NCBI RefSeq assembly: GCF_009914755.1 | Contig: NC_060937.1 | Length of the DNA stretch: 64,000 nucleotides | Reading direction: 5' to 3' (one strand) | DNA from: the human T2T-CHM13v2.0 reference genome, Homo sapiens | Shown here: positions 14,435 through 30,803 of the stretch, piece by piece | Layout: every line of letters starts with the position of its first letter | Position numbering within the stretch: position 1 is the first letter of the stretch | Made by a program: the position numbers and the translations under genes | Notes under the pieces: model-generated | The model's input: only the letters and a program-made list of their open reading frames with translations | What the model was told of the DNA's origin: nothing | The model's database searches: none

Positions 14435-14685
14435 AATAATAATAATATCTATGCTGTACTGAGAGCTTTCTACATGTCAAGCAGATTCCTCCCATTACCT
14501 TAGGCCTCCGAATAATCCTTGAAATAGACCCTAAGGTTATTCCCATCCCATATAGGCGATAACTGAGGCTCAGAGAGGTTAAGTAACTTGCCAAGGTCAC
14601 ATGGCTGGTAAATGGTGGAGATAAATACGGAGCTGGGATTCTAATGCAAGTGGTTCCAAAACCTAAGCCCTTACCACTGTGTGAC
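14435..14685 (-). mobile_element. MIR
   Basis: aactgaggctcagagaggttaagtaacttgccaaggtcaca core. Confidence 0.85.
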
Positions 14686-14974
14686 AGTTAAGTATCCAAA
14701 TAACAACAATACAAGGCAGAGAGTGCTGATAGCAAAAACAAAGCAGAAGTTAAGAACTGGGTGGTTTTAGAGGGTGGAGATAGGAGATGATGGTTCATAA
14801 GAACCTTTTTTGGGGGAAGTAGTGAGCTCCCAGGCCCTGAAGGTACTTGGGCAGAAACTGGAGCTATCTGTGAGGCTCTGAACTAGTGTCAGCACCTGAA
14901 AGATGCCTCTAGGAGTCCTTCTGGCCCTTGGAATGCTGATTTTAGCACATGGCCTATGTGCAGAGCCTAGAAGA

Positions 14975-15306
<332 letters not shown>

Positions 15307-15914
15307 TGAAGGAAGAAGCCAGGGACCAAATCCTCAGAGCTAGAACACTCAGGGGGCACAGTTAGTTTTGACTGGAGTCCTCAACTGCTTTGAAGCTTGC
15401 CCATCACTTGGGCCAGGAATATATATATATATATATATATATCTCACAGTCACTGTTTGACACTTAAAGAAGCAAGAAATGGGACCCTTTAAGCCAGTAG
15501 TTCTCAAACTATGATCCGGAATTTATTCCATAAGCTGGACTTGGGAGTTCCACAGTAAAATTAAATCATTGCACTTATCGCTAACACTCAGGGGTGATGC
15601 AGTTATACTAGTGTACTAAAGGCACCTCAACTTCAACAGATTCCATTGAAAATGTTCCCTCAAATGTTTCTTAAAATTTCAGCACCTGCTCTTACTTATC
15701 TGACAGTGGACACTGTCACAATAAAACAAATAAATGAGTGTAGCTAACGACTATTAGCAGAGAAACAGAAGTAACCAATTAGATTTGGCATGACAGCTTG
15801 ATTTTTGTATTTTCATGGATGGTGGGTGGTAGTTTTGGATTGCATACATTTATTACAGTCATACTTTCTGCCCGTAAAATTGTTCTTAGATCATTTAATA
15901 GAAAAAGTACATCA

Positions 15915-16219
<305 letters not shown>

Positions 16220-16689
16220 TCAATGTTTCATTGTGTTCTACAAAAAGTCCCATGGCTTCAGGTGTTGCCCCTCACCTCCCTCACATGCCGTGTGGCTGAG
16301 TGATGATTATGTGGTTGTTGACCTGCTGTTGACCTGCAGTGTGAATGAACTTGTGGAGATTCTAAATGGTGGGACTGTGCTGTTACTAGGCTGGAGCGAG
16401 ACACTTTAAGTGCTGATGGAAAATGGTTCAACCTAGGGGTGCAAAATACAAAGGAGGGTCCCAAGCCTTCTCTCCCATTAGCACTGCTTCCCTCACCGCA
16501 AATGGTGCATTCTCCGTCGGGTAAGGATGTATCAGAATCATCCCAGGGAGACTCTGGTCCACAAAATGGACCCCCCACTGCCAGCTCCCGAAGGACAACT
16601 CCCACGCCTATCACACACCTGTGAGAATCTCAGGCCCGTGGGAGGAGGAGCGCATGTACAATTGCAAAAAGCCAGACAGGTGAGTTCTA

Positions 16690-17034
<345 letters not shown>

Positions 17035-17851
17035 CTACCTGGACCCTCAATGAACAGGACCTTTAATGATGTTTCACTAACGTTTGAATGCTCCCCTTTT
17101 AAAGAACCCCTGTAGCCAGCAGGGGGCTGTGACTTTTTTCTCTTCCTCAGTCCCACCCTTCTCTCCAGCCCTGCACCTGGAACTGAGACCCAATGCACCA
17201 ATCCCTGAAAGAGGCCCTCTGTGCCCCATTCGCCTGCAAAGCCAGTGTAGGCCCCAGCATCTTTGCCCACCAGAGCCAGAGCCACACCAGTTACCTTGAG
17301 CTGATGCACCATAGCCTCAGGCTGCCGGCACTGCCGAGTCCTCTCTTTGGAGCACTGGTCTGCCCCCTACTCACTCTCTCCCCAGCCGAGCCCATCTCTT
17401 CTCTGAGGCTTCAGCAATGCACTCGATGCAGATGCTGTTAGCCAAGACTTCTGGAACTGCCTCCTGGACCTTCCCCCTAAATACTCATCAGGCACCTCAA
17501 ACTCAGCATGTTCCCTGCTAACCCCATCATTTCCTGCTCCAACCCAGCTACCACTCCCTGTGATTGTGAACTAGTGGGTGTTACCACAACCTACTTGGCC
17601 ATTTGAGCTGGAAACCTGGAAGCCATCCTTGAATTCTCATTCTCTGTCTCCTGGCCCCTCATTCAATGACCAATCAAACTTCAAGTCCTACTTATTTTTT
17701 TTACCTGGCTTTCCCATGATCTCAGTCTTAGCTTAAGCCCTCATCATCTCATCTGGATTTACTGTAACAGATATCCCTGGCTTGGCTTTTTCCCTCATGA
17801 ATTTCATCCTCCATGCTGCTGCCAGGGGGATCTGTTTACAAAGCAACTCGG

Positions 17852-18022
17852 AGCCAGGTGTGGTGTCTCACCCCTGTAATCCCAGTGCTTTGGGAGGCTG
17901 AGGCAGGAGGATGGTTTGAGCCCAGGAGTTCAAGGCTGCAGTGAGCCATAATTACACTACTGTACTCCAGCCTAGTGACAGAGTGAGACACTTCCCTAAA
18001 AAATAAAATAATGATAATAAAT
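17852..18022 (+). mobile_element. FRAM/FAM-type Alu monomer
   Basis: Single monomer; TSD aagcaactc(g/a)ga. Confidence 0.85.
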
Positions 18023-18099
18023 AAGCAACTCAGACATCTAATGACACCAACATTTCTGACCAGCCAATAAAGCACAAACTCCTTTATATATTACACCTA

Positions 18100-18410
18100 G
18101 GTCAGGTGCGGTGGCTCACGCCTGTAATCCCAGCACTTTGGGTGGCCAAGGCAGGTGGATCACCTGAGATCAGGAGTTCAAGACGAGCCTGGCCAACATG
18201 ACAAAACCCCGTATCTACTAAAAATACAAAAAATTAGCCAGGCATTGTGTCGGGCGCCTGTAATCCCAGCTACTGATGATGCTGAGGCCGGAGAATTGCT
18301 TGAGCCCAGGTAGGGGAGGTTACAGTGAGCGAGATGGCACCAGTATACTCCAGCCTGGGTGACAGAGTGAGACTCCGTCTCAAAAAAAAAAAAAAAAGTA
18401 AAAAAAGATT
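18100..18410 (+). mobile_element. AluSx
   Basis: Full dimer; TSD atatattacacct. Confidence 0.95.
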
Positions 18411-19489
18411 AATAAAATATATATTACACCTGGCCCTACCTCCCCACCTTTATCTTCTACCTCGCCTAGACTGACATTTTAAGCCCTATCAAGATGCAGC
18501 TGTTCATCCCTTGCCTTCCTCTCCTAAACCTGATCATGCTTCCATCTCCCATTGCCTCAAAGGCTGACCTTCAGCTGTTATCCCCCACCATCTCTGACCC
18601 TGCCTCTTCCCTCCCAAAGCTCCCATGACCCCAGTGCTTACTTCTGGATGACCCTATTGATTTCTATTATATGTTTATGTGTTGTATCTTGAGGAAAGGG
18701 ATGTGCTTTCTACTGTCTTTGAATCACCATCCCCTAGAATAGTGCCCAGCCAGTCTTAGAGCAGAATGACAAACAGGGTGAAAATCTAAAGCCAGTTTCA
18801 GCACAAGACTGTCAGTATTTTTAGCCTTTTGAGAGGAAATACCGGAAGTCATCACCACCCCCAAACATCCTATGGGCATTTCTTTACTATTAAAACATCC
18901 CCATGTTCCTTAACACACAGGTGTGGGGATGGGATGGCTCACATCACCTTCTTGCATTCATCCCTGATTCTTCTTCTCAGTGTCTCCAGTTAGGTATAGA
19001 CCTGAGTGAGAGACGAGGGTTGAGACCCAACTCTCCATCCCAAGCTATCTTTCCCAAGACCCGAAATCACCTGAGGCTCCCATCTACCTCCCTAAACACA
19101 CACACACAGACCAAGTGTCTCCTCCCTGCCACACCCTGCTCTCATGCCTGGTTCCCCCCATGGCCTGAAGTGCCTGCCACCAACTTGGCCCAAGTCAGCA
19201 GCAATCTGGTGGCATCTCATCATCCCCAGGATGACTATTGGCTTGACACCCTACCAGACTTCTGGTTGCCCCAGTCTCCTGTGGCCACAGCTAAGAAGCT
19301 GAGCCTTTGATAAGTAGACAGCACTATTAGGCCCTTAAAGGTCACCCATGCCTTGCACCATAGCCAACAGAGGTGAGAAACATGGCTTCTGTTCCAGGTG
19401 ATCCGCTGTATACCCTGTTCTGATAGTTACTGAGTACTTACCAAGTGTATGCCACCTACTGACTGTCTTACAAAAGGTGCAACTTGGCA

Positions 19490-19725
19490 TCATAAGAACA
19501 TGGGCTCCACAGTCAGGCATAGGTTCAAATCCCAGGTCTGCCACTTAGTAGTTGCGTGACCTTGAGCAAGTTACCAACCTTTCTGTGCCTCAGCTTTCCA
19601 TCTGTAAAATGGGACTGACAACAATAGTACCTCCCTCATAGGATTGCTCTGAGGAATAAATGAGTTAACAGAAAAACAGTGCCTGGGATGTAGTTGGGGC
19701 CACACAAGTATTAGCTGTCATTATT
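19490..19725 (+). mobile_element. MIR (near full length)
   Basis: ggttcaaatcccaggtctgccacttagtagttgcgtgaccttgagcaagttac...ctgtaaaatggg. Confidence 0.9.
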
Positions 19726-20059
19726 CATGTGCATTAGTTCATCGACTTCTCACATCACCCCATTTTACAGATGAGAATACTGAGGCTAAAGAGACATAGA
19801 AGCCCAGACCTAAGCATCTCCAGCATCCATGTCCTCAACCAGTGAGGCCATGCATGGCCCAAATCCCCTCAGCCATGCAGCTAGGCCTCCATTCCCAACG
19901 CTTAAACTGGGCAAATCTTCCACATCCTTATATTGATATCACCTATCATTTTAGTAGGAAATGAGCTCTGAGTTGATTCAAAGGTAGGAAATCCTCCTAC
20001 TTAAAAACAGTTCGTTTCATAAAAACGAAAACCCTTGTTAATTAACACTCCATTAACAG

Positions 20060-20720
20060 GAAAATGATATGGTGGCAGACTGAGGGCTCAGGGTTCCAAG
20101 TTTTGACTCAGTGTTGTCAACAAGCACCTCTTTTTGCCCAGGGAATATCAGAGAATTGTTCATACAGAGACAGCGACCACAGATGGGGCACTAGTGCCTT
20201 CAGCTGCAAAAGGTCGTCTGGCAGGAAGCATGTTGGTCCCCTGGCAGTTTCTTGGGCCATGTGACATAACCGCCAGGTTATACTTCTGCAATTACAGTCC
20301 CCAGGGACCTGCCGCATGAAACAGACATTGGTTGTGATCCTGTAAAAAGCCGCAAGCAGTGGCTCTTTCAGTACAAGGAAACCCTTGGGACAGAAAAGTT
20401 TACTTTTGCTCAGGCTTTATGGTGACAGCCAGCGTGATCAACAGGAATGCTGCAGTTGGGTGACGCATGAGGCTCAGGAGCCTTTGCGCTTGACTTTGAA
20501 AGATTATAAATACACCAGGCTCGCCAAGCATAGCCAGTCAGTTACAAATTACGAGTCATCTTTCGGTTGTTGCTGAACTTCCTTTACACCTCTTGTTTTG
20601 AACACAGTGAGCAAACAACGTCTAATCTTCTGGCTGTGGAGTTCCAAGTACACCACAAGGCATCGGGACACACCTTTACCCCAGCTGCTTTGTGTGGTTG
20701 CAGGTTAACCAGACATGCAG
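20060..20720. promoter_or_regulatory. Candidate enhancer (AP-1, ETS, RUNX)
   Basis: TGACTCA at 20104-20110, caggaag, TGACGCA at 20461, TGTGGTT near 20693; repeat-free block. Confidence 0.3.
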
Positions 20721-21325
20721 CTAGGAGTTCACCTAAAACCTTCCTTTCCCCGGTACATACCTTGGTGTTGATTTGACAGCTGGAGGCTGAGTATTGATCC
20801 CAGTGTTCAGGGATAGTTACTTCATTAAGACTTCTGAGATCCCCCATTTGCTTGAAGATAAAAACAGGCAAAGGTATAAACAGATAAACAGTCACACAAA
20901 TAAGTAGCTGTGTGGGCCATTACTTTTAAAGCATAGTAGATGTTATTTGTGTTTGGAGAAGCTTAATGATACACTCAAGAATCCAATAGTAGAAACTGTT
21001 TGCTTTCAGGAAGAAAACGTTATACCAGGAAGGTATGTTTGAAGAAAAGAACTATATAACAGCGATCCACAATACACCTGTTCATTTGTAGCATAATAGT
21101 TACACCTGCTCCCTGGGGCTTTTTTGAGATTTCAGTCTTTGGTGTAAGACACACATACACACATGTGCACACACAATGGTAAGCATGCATGCTCTTCAGC
21201 TTCAACCCTCAGTGCGCAGTAAAATAAAAAATATAGTTGAATCATCTGTCTCAGCCCCAGCTAGAGCCCACGTCTTCCAACATGAATTTTAAAATACCTT
21301 TTTGCCTTTTAAAATATGCTGTAGA

Positions 21326-21674
<349 letters not shown>

Positions 21675-23169
21675 TCATCATAATTGGAAGAAAAGCTCAA
21701 AGTAAGAAAATAGCTTTCCTCCAAGTTTATTGCAATCAGAGAAAAATACAATTTAAATGTTTTTGTTTCCCATTTCTGTTCCTTACATGCATTGTCTAGA
21801 GTGGTTCCTGGTCTATAAGCCAGTGGGTTGAGATACCTGACCAGACCACCTTTTCAACCCAGTTCTTTCTCCTCTTTGTATTTCTCCCATACAATACAGT
21901 ATTGAATATTTCATAACCTATGGGTGTATGTTTTTGGCAATGTGGCTAAGTCAGGCAGCATTGAGGACTGTCCTGGTGACAGTCCGGTGCAGCCCTCACC
22001 CAGGCTCCCACATTCACACCCCTCCACTCTCCAGTGGGCTGTGTAAGTTAACGGCAAATAAATGGCCCAGAATGGCTTCCTGTTAGAGAAAAAAAGGGAC
22101 AAAGACTTCTGCCCTTAAAACTCTGGTAACAAAAGTAATCTAGTGGAAATCAACATTACTAGGAATATCCTATGATTTTGGTGGTGTTGAGTTCAAAGAC
22201 AGCATGGCCGAATTGTGACCATCCACCCAGTCACATGAGGCAAAAACCCAGGCCCTACCTGTGTCCTGACCTCCAGCTTCCTCCCCACGGCCAGTTGGTT
22301 AGAACGTGTAGGGAGTGTACCTCTCCCAGCCGTGGAATCCCCTCACCATCTTCACCCCTTCCCCACCTTCAAAGACTTTCATGGCCGAGTGTGGTCTGAC
22401 CACACTTGATCCAAAGCCCTTCCTCTGAGCTCTCAGCTCCACGTCACAACCTCGTGACCACGTGCCTCTCACTGTCATGTGCTTAGATATGTGTGTGTGT
22501 GTCCACCTCACCACACACTGTGAGATCCTTGAGGGCACGTTGTCTCTTTCATTTCTGTGTCTCCAGTGCCTAAAATGGAAAGTGCTCACTTACTAAATAA
22601 ATATACAATATAAAAAATAATTTTTATCCCTTGTCCCATTTGAGATGGAAAATGAGTAAAGTTTACAAGTATTAATATAGTCAGCATCCCACTAAGACCA
22701 CACAGACACTGAGATGAGCAGAGGATGCTGAGGAGCAAATGCAAAATAAACTATGAGAACTGTGACAGCTTCCAGTGCTCTTCATTATAAATATCAGCAA
22801 TTGCTAATATCCAATAACATGTCAAACACTCTACATTAAATCATCACAAGTCTCTAAGGCAGGTGTTAGTTTTCTCTTTGTACAGCCCAAGAAGCTGAGA
22901 CAAGAGTCACACAACCAGCCAATAGAGAGAAAAGATTCAAACCCGGAGACCTTCTGTCTCTAATCCCACCCTCCTCCCACTGTCTCCTGCTGCCTCTCTG
23001 TTTCAAAGCTTGGCTCTGAGACTATGAGCACTGCCAAAATTTTACAACAGTTTGCGTATGTCATGGTCTGCAAAAGCTGCGGATGGCACTGTGGTGGCAG
23101 CCTCAATAGAAGGCTGAGACTACTTACCAGAGGGAGGATTTCCTGAGCTCCGATCACACCTGCTCTTTG

Positions 23170-23191
23170 TTCTCTCTCTGTCTCTCTCTCT

Positions 23192-23224
<33 letters not shown>
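23170..23224. repeat. (TC)n microsatellite at an Alu tail
   Basis: tctctctctgtctctctctctgtgtctctctc... Confidence 0.9.
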
Positions 23225-23227
<3 letters not shown>

Positions 23228-23520
23228 ACAGACAGGGTCTCACTCTATTGCTCATGCTGGAGTGCAGTGGCGTGATCATAGCTCACTGCAGCCTCAAAGT
23301 CCTGGGCTCAAGTGATCCTCCTGCTTCAGTCTCCTGAGTAGCTGGGACTACAGGCATGCACCACCAGGCCTGGCTAATTTATTTATTTTTATTTTAATTT
23401 TGTAGAGACAAGGTCTCGTCCCTTCCCCAGACTGATCTCGAACCCCTGGGCTCAGGAGATCCTCCCACCTCGGCCTCCCAAAGTGCTGGGATTACAGATG
23501 TGAGCCACCACTCCTGGCCC
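23225..23520 (-). mobile_element. AluJ
   Basis: gatcatagctcactgcagcctc...tcctgggctcaag diagnostics. Confidence 0.93.
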
Positions 23521-23642
23521 ACACCTACTCTTTATCCTCAACCCACACCCCCAGGCTCAAACTCAAAAGGAAGGAGCAAACCCTAGAAGCTGCGTAAAAC
23601 ACACCTTGACCTAAAATGTGCTCATGACCAGGCAACTTGACT

Positions 23643-24133
23643 ACATATTCTCCTCGACCTACGGTGGAGTGACATCCCTATAAAAGCCATTGTAAATTGA
23701 AAATATTGAAAGTCTAAAATGCTTTGAATACACCTAACCTATCGAATATCAGAGCTCAGCCTCGCCTCCCTTAAACGTGCTCAGAACACTTACATTAGCT
23801 TACAGTGGGCAACATAATGTAACACAGGCCTATCTATGTTATAATACAGTGTTGAGTATCTCATGTGATTTATTGAATACTGTACTGAATGTGAAACAGA
23901 ATGGTTGTCCGGGTACTCACCATTAGCTGACACAGCTGAACGCACACTGCGCCTGAAGAGCGTTTGAAGCATTGAACTAAAATTAATTGCTGGGTGATGG
24001 GGATGCTACAACGACAGGGTCATCAATTTCTCTCTCTTCTGCTGAGGCTGGAGAACCACGGGTAGAAGGCGCTGGAGCATCAACGCTTGATGGTTTGGCA
24101 GGCGTAGTGCTCTTCCTTCAGGAAGGCATCAGG
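23643..24133 (+). mobile_element. Tigger5/MER47-family DNA transposon, left end plus internal part
   Basis: ctcctcgacctacg terminus; aatacacctaaccta...cttacattagc shared with 159-432; continues gggtactcaccatt...gaagcattgaactaaaattaattgctgg. Confidence 0.8.
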
Positions 24134-24155
24134 TGTCCGTGGTTTACCCTTCTGA

Positions 24156-24567
<412 letters not shown>

Positions 24568-25319
24568 CTGAAGTGCACTTTCTGCTAAATGCCTGTCACT
24601 GTCATACCATCCTAAAGTTTAAGCTGGAACTCTCTATGCTTGCACCTGTTGCCTGAAGGGTGTATTAGAAATAATAGTTTCCTCCAACCCCTCCCCACCT
24701 CATTTGTGGAAGAATCTCATGTCTCCCTCCTAGAAATGGATTCAGCCTGAGATTCTCAAGACCAAGGTGGCATCCCAGGGTTCCAGGCTCTGGAGACAAG
24801 GATGTGGAGGGAAGGGGGTTAGGGGGAGGTCACTCTGGGAAAACACATGTAACCTAGATCCCCAGTGAGCTAAGTGAGACTGACTCCTAGATGGAAATAG
24901 CCCCAGCGGACTTGTCACTGCAAGAATTCTGGTCTCCCTGGATACCTAGCATGCTCAAGAGCCCACTTGAAACACTGAAACACTTCAGCATACTGTATGT
25001 GCTCAGGGGAGTGGCTGAGACTAGCAGGTTGAGGAAGGAAAAGGAAGAGGGCCTTCTATGTGCCAAGTCCTAGAGCTCAGGCACCATACCAGGAGCCAAC
25101 ATGAAAAATAGTCTGCAGCAGACATTGCTCTCACCTCACACAAAACCACTCCAACCTCCTAGCAAGATTTCCTGTGCACCAAAGCCTGAAACACCAAAGA
25201 CCTCTTCCTCCAAAGTCCCTTGCACTAGGGTTTCCCCAGAGTAATCTTCCAGGTCGATTATAATAATAATAGCAGCTTACCCAGGTAGATGCTCTAGTGC
25301 ATAGTATAGCCTGAGCATT

Positions 25320-25900
25320 TTAAGTGGCCACCACAGTGCCCCTCTGGAAGCACAGAGGTGGAGGTGCTTCGGACCTTCTCCAGCAGGGATGACGGTGGCA
25401 CTATGTCTAGTCAATCTCTAACCTCAGGGGCAGTCAGCAGCATCAGCACAGCTTCCTGGTTCAGCAGCTTTCCGGCCTGCAGCACAGGCAATGTGGTTTT
25501 TGAGTTCACAGTGGAAGCAGCAGATACAGCAGCTACCTGACTAAGCCAGTTTTGCAGTGTGGTTCTGAGACTGTACCTGGACCTAGACCCACTCTGTAGC
25601 CTCCCTCTCCAGCCCTTGACATCATTCTATAGCCCAGTGGTTCTCCAAGGGTGGGCTCTGGACCAGCAGCACCTGGGAACTTGTTAGAAATGCAAATTCT
25701 TGGGCCCCACCCCAGACCTGCTGAATCAGAAACTCTGGGGGCGGGACCTGGTAGGCTTGACTTTAGCAAGCCTTCTAGGTGATTCTGCTATGCCCTTAAG
25801 TTTAGGGACCTCTGCTGAAAGTCATCCACCTCTAATAAATCCATTTCTACTATAACTAGAGTGGATCCTGCTGTCTGCAGATTCATCCTGACTGAATCAC
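25320..25900 (+). mobile_element. LTR33-like ERVL solo LTR, split by MER5A
   Basis: gccagttttgcagtgtggttctg...ctctccagccct, then after MER5A ctaataaatccatttct...agagtggatcctgctgtctgca...cctgactga. Confidence 0.6.
25635..25816. mobile_element. MER5A (hAT-Charlie MITE)
   Basis: cagtggttctc...cacctgggaacttgttagaaatgcaaattcttgggccccaccccagacctgctgaatcagaaactctgggg. Confidence 0.92.
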
Positions 25901-26029
25901 AGTCGCTGTCCTCATGTTGTCCATAAGGAAGACAATAAATAATGACAAAGCAGCATGTCATTCTGGGGGAAGAAAAGAACAGGGTCACCTTACCCAGCCA
26001 AGAATGGTGACCTCCCAACTATTTTTATA

Positions 26030-26230
26030 ATCTAGCCTTCGCAACAATTTTGAACATGCACCCTCAATAGTTATATTTATTTCTAAATTTTATATATACT
26101 CTATTAAACATTTAAAAATTATAAATAGAAACCTAAAAGATGAGATTTTTTTAAATGAATATAAATTAACGTTCTAATACTTTCTTCCTGAATCTCTAAG
26201 GATTGATTTGGCACTTTAGCAATCACTGCT
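26030..26230. mobile_element. hAT-Charlie-like AT-rich MITE remnant
   Basis: ttttgaacatgcaccctcaata...gttctaatactttcttcctg...actttagcaatcactg; family assignment tentative. Confidence 0.4.
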
Positions 26231-26394
26231 CTAGAATGTCAGGATAACCTTTTGGCAAAAGTAACAGCAGAATCAAAGGAATTAAAAGGAGGGTGCAGGA
26301 TATTTTTGTAGAACTTAGGCAAGGAAGCATCACGAGGTGACAATGACAATAATAATGATAATGACAATGATGATAATGATGATAATTTCTTATT

Positions 26395-26570
26395 TTTGAG
26401 CAACTAACATGATCACTTAGCCTTAAAAGCAACCATGTGAGGTAGGACTATTATTCCTACTTTTCAGATTGGGAAACTGAGGGCCAATAGTCTCCTATCT
26501 GGTAAGTGGCAGAGCAGGGTTTTGAAACCAAAATCTGGGTTTTTCCATTGCCGGTTTTGGGCTTGGACTA
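26395..26570 (-). mobile_element. MIR
   Basis: tgtgaggtaggactattattcctacttttcagattgggaaactgagg. Confidence 0.75.
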
Positions 26571-26825
26571 CTGCATGGTTGGAAGAGCCATCTGCTGAGA
26601 CAGAGAATTCAGAAAGAAGAGCGGGTTTGGAGAGAAGATGGTAGGTTTTGTTTTGATGTTTGAGGTGCCCCCGACGTATTCTGGTGAAGCTATCAAATAC
26701 ACAACTTAACATATGAAGCTGCAGAACCCAAGCCTGGCTGCAGAAAAGGGTTGGATATCTTTAACTTCTTAGCCCAAGTTGAAAATACTTATTTTGTTGT
26801 GAGCACCATGATGAAAAGGAGCAAG

Positions 26826-27058
26826 GGCCAGGTGCAGTGACTCATGCCTGTAATCTCAGAGCTTTGGGAGGATGAGGCAGGAGGATTGTCTGAGCCCAGG
26901 AGTTTGAGGCTGCAGTAGCTATGATTGTGCCACTACATTCTGCTACTTTGAACTTTTCTTCCAAAAAATTAGGATGAATGCAGAAATTACAAAGGACCCA
27001 GATAAATTTAGTAAGCCTGGGCAACAGAGCAAGTCCCTGTCTCAAAATAAATAAATAA
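26826..27058 (+). mobile_element. FRAM-type Alu monomer carrying a ~72-bp non-Alu insertion
   Basis: gtgccactacattc | insert 26941-27012 | agcctgggcaacagagcaag. Confidence 0.9.
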
Positions 27059-27249
27059 TTCTAAAATCTTTTAAAAAGAAAAAAGAAAGGAGCAAGTGGA
27101 GAGGGAAAGTAGAAGAGACAATGGGGGTGGGGGTGGGGTGGGACACTGGATAATGAATGGAGCGAGCTTCTCCATCAGCTACGTGGGGACAAAATTGTGA
27201 GCACTGCTGGGATTGTTAGCTTTGGCCAGGAGGAGGGACAGAAATCACA

Positions 27250-27475
27250 CAGCCCTGGGCTTGAATGCCAGCTCCATCTCCTTCTAGCTACAAAACCATG
27301 GAAAAGATAATGAAGTAATGAACCTTGTTGCCTCTGTTTCCTCTTCTGTAAAATGAGAATAATAATATCTCTCCATCTGATAGAAATGTTATGCTGATTA
27401 AATGAGAAATGGTGTGAAGTGCATATCTGTGTTTGGCCCATAGAAATAACTCAATATTTGTTAACTATAATTAGC
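27250..27475 (+). mobile_element. MIR
   Basis: gcctctgtttcctcttctgtaaaatgagaataataata. Confidence 0.8.
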
Positions 27476-28667
27476 TAACTGTCATTATAACTGGTATTGT
27501 TCTCTGAGCTAGGAACCAAGCAGGTAAGGATTAGTGCAAATGGAGGTGACCTTATAGCAGAGGAGCATAAGAGCTCAAAAGAATCGTTAGCTGATGACTT
27601 TAACTTTTGGGCCAAGGCAGGGGCAAAGTCAAGAACTAAGAATGAGAGGAGCAAAGGCAGGGTAGGGGCTTGAGGAGAAGGCACAAATCCTTAAGAACCA
27701 CACAGGGGATTAAGACAGGAAATGAGTTAGGTTTACCCAAAAGGACCTCCAAGTAGCAATAACAGCATTAATCAATATGCTGTCTACAAAGCACACTCAA
27801 AAGAGCAAAGTTAGAGAATTAACACTTCCTAATTTCAAGACTTACTATGAAGCTACAGTAATCAAGACTGTGTGGTACAGATTGACATAAAGACAGACAC
27901 AAATATCAATGGAACAGAATTAAAAGTCCAGAAATATACTCATACACATAGGAGAAACTGATATGACAAAGAGATAAAAGCAATTCATCAGTGAAGGAAC
28001 AGTCTTTTTCAACAAATGGTGCTGAAACTATTGAACATCCATATGCAAAAAAAAAAAAGAACTTTGATTCATACCTTGTACCATATACAAAAATTAACTC
28101 AAAATAGACCACAGACCTAAATGTAAAACTGAAAACTGTAACATTTTTATAGAAAACATAGGAGAAAATCTTGGTGTTATTGGGTTAGACCAGGATTTCT
28201 TAGAAACGACCCCAAAAGCACAAGCAATAAAAGAAAGATTGATAACTTGACTTCATCGAAATTAAAAACTTCTGCCCTTTGAATGACACTATCAAGAGAA
28301 TGAAAACACAAGCCATAGGCTGGAGAAAATATTTGCAAAGTATGTATGTGATAAAGGTCTTGTATCCAGAATACATACTGACCTCTCAAAACTCTGTTAG
28401 ACAATAAATAATCCAATGAAAACAATAAGTAAAAGCATTGAGCAGATACTTCATTAAAAAACATGCATGGATAGCAATGATGCTCAACATCATTAGGGAA
28501 ATGCAAATTAGCATCGCAAGGATGTGCCACTACACATCTATTTGAATGACTAAAGTCAGAACGACCAGTTACCAAGTATTGGCAAGGATGAAGAAGAGCT
28601 GGAACTCTCATACACAGCTGGGGGTCATGCAAAATGATATAGCCATTTTGGAAAAGTTCGATTCTTA

Positions 28668-28995
<328 letters not shown>

Positions 28996-29170
28996 TTAAA
29001 CATACACCTACCACATGATCCAGCCATTTCACTTCTAGTTATTTTTTCAAAAGGAAAAAAAAACCATATGTTCATACAATGAAAGACTTGTACATGAATG
29101 CTTTTAATAACTTATTCACAATCTCACAAAACCATAAGAAGCCTTTAAGGGGTGCCTTCATAAGTATATG

Positions 29171-29635
29171 TGATGATGGACAGGCGAGCCCCAAAACTGG
29201 GGCTTAGCCCGGGCTTTGCCCAGGAAAGAATTCAAGGATGAGCTGCCATGTTAGACAGCAATCTTGTACTGAACAGTACTGCTCCTTGCAGAGCAGGGCT
29301 AACTCATAGACAGTGCATCTAGAGTTGGCAAGAAATGAGCTGTTGGCAACTGTATTTCTACCCCCTTATACCAACTTTCAATTACAAGCAAATTAAGGGA
29401 CAGTTAAAGCAAATTGAGAGGCGGGTTATTTAGAACTTTCTAGGAAAGGGACGGGAACTTCTAGGTCATTGTCATGGCATTTGTAAACTGTCATGACATT
29501 GGTGTGAGTGTCTTATGCTAATGAGCAATGATGACAGCTAGGGATGGCTTTTGTTGTCATTTGCTGGTTCCCGCTGGTTTCTTCACTTTTTCCTGCCTGA
29601 GACTGGGAAATAAATCCTGCTGGTCTCCTACCTCA
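29171..29635 (-). mobile_element. MER66-family ERV1 solo LTR
   Basis: Reverse strand begins TGAGGTAGGAGACCAGCAGG and ends GGGGCTCGCCTGTCCATCATCA; 4-bp flanks tatg/gatg. Confidence 0.8.
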
Positions 29636-29963
29636 GATGGATAAACTGGGTTTATCTATGCTGTGGAATACTACTCAGCACTGAAAAGGAATGAACTACT
29701 GATACACACAACCACCTGGATGAATCTCCAGAGAATTATGCAAGGTAAAGGAGTGCATACTGTACGGTTCCATTTACAAAAGACTCTAGAAATGGCAAAT
29801 TAATCTACAGGGACCAAAAGCAGTTTCCATGGTGCACTGGGAAATAGGGGAAGGGAGAGAGGAATTACAAAAGTGCATAAGGAAACTTTTGGAGATGATG
29901 AACAGATATGTTCATTGTCATTGTGGTGATGGTTTCATGAGCATAGATATATGTCAAAATTGA

Positions 29964-30614
<651 letters not shown>

Positions 30615-30803
30615 AGCCGTGTTTTCTGTTTATGTCACAGCACTTACTTACCACACAGTTAATTGAGATGTAGCCGAATTTCCTTAGGATATTCTGGTTT
30701 ATGTGAATTACGTGACTAATACAAGAGAGATTTTCTTTAACTAGCAATTCTATTAAACTACCAAAAGCTATAGCTGAACACCTTTAAAAACACACATATA
30801 AAT

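Larger units (their letters stand above)
17470..18760 (+). mobile_element. L2 fragments interrupted by two Alus
   Basis: aggcacctcaaactcagcatgt...catcatctc...cctccatgctgctgccagg...tcccctagaatagtgcccagc. Confidence 0.6.
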
